Shown here piece after piece: positions 60,048 through 64,000 of a stretch of 64,000 bases of DNA (the first letter of the stretch is position 1; each line of letters starts with the position of its first letter). The position numbers and the translations under genes were made by a program. Under the pieces are notes generated by a model. That model searched no databases. It worked only from the letters and a program-made list of their open reading frames with translations, and was not told where the DNA came from. Source of the stretch: the human T2T-CHM13v2.0 reference genome, Homo sapiens; assembly GCF_009914755.1 (NCBI RefSeq), contig NC_060939.1; one strand, 5' to 3'.

Positions 60048-60110
60048 AGACCACCAAAGCTAGGAAGAAACTGCATCAACTAATGAGCCAAATAACCAGC
60101 TAACATCACA

Positions 60111-64000
<3,890 letters not shown>

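Overview
This is hominid, most likely human, non-coding genomic DNA with the architecture of a pericentromeric segmental-duplication mosaic. It contains no intact protein-coding gene, RNA gene or CRISPR array. From left to right: (1) an ERV1 (HERV-I/HERVIP10-like) gag remnant joined directly to a 5'-truncated, disabled L1PA2-like LINE-1 (241-4272); (2) a ~4.5 kb block that recurs in direct orientation ~44.6 kb downstream (4270-8761 ~ 48871-53371), each copy ending in a GC-rich (TTTTTGCCCCCGCCGCCGCGGC)n-type array; (3) a ~3.1 kb unprocessed duplicate of KSR1 exon 1 plus probable intron 1 sequence, bracketed by the GC array and a 1.7 kb GAAAT/GAT satellite-like array; (4) ~35 kb of AT-rich sequence with old Alu, L1M, L2, LTR and DNA-transposon remnants; (5) the second, longer GC array, after which the sequence switches to something unrelated to KSR1; (6) an L1PA4/5-like LINE-1 with an intact 5' end (58008 onward), disabled and interrupted by a very young AluYa-lineage insertion. 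I found no credible new protein-coding system. The most interesting signals are structural: tandem arrays sitting at duplicon junctions and possibly born from them, an L1 whose two flanks look like two different insertion sites, a head-to-tail ~44.6 kb unit carrying a KSR1 first exon, and an unexplained inverted repeat next to the second L1. Repeat subfamily names come from recall of consensus sequences, boundaries of old repeats are approximate, and no searches were run.
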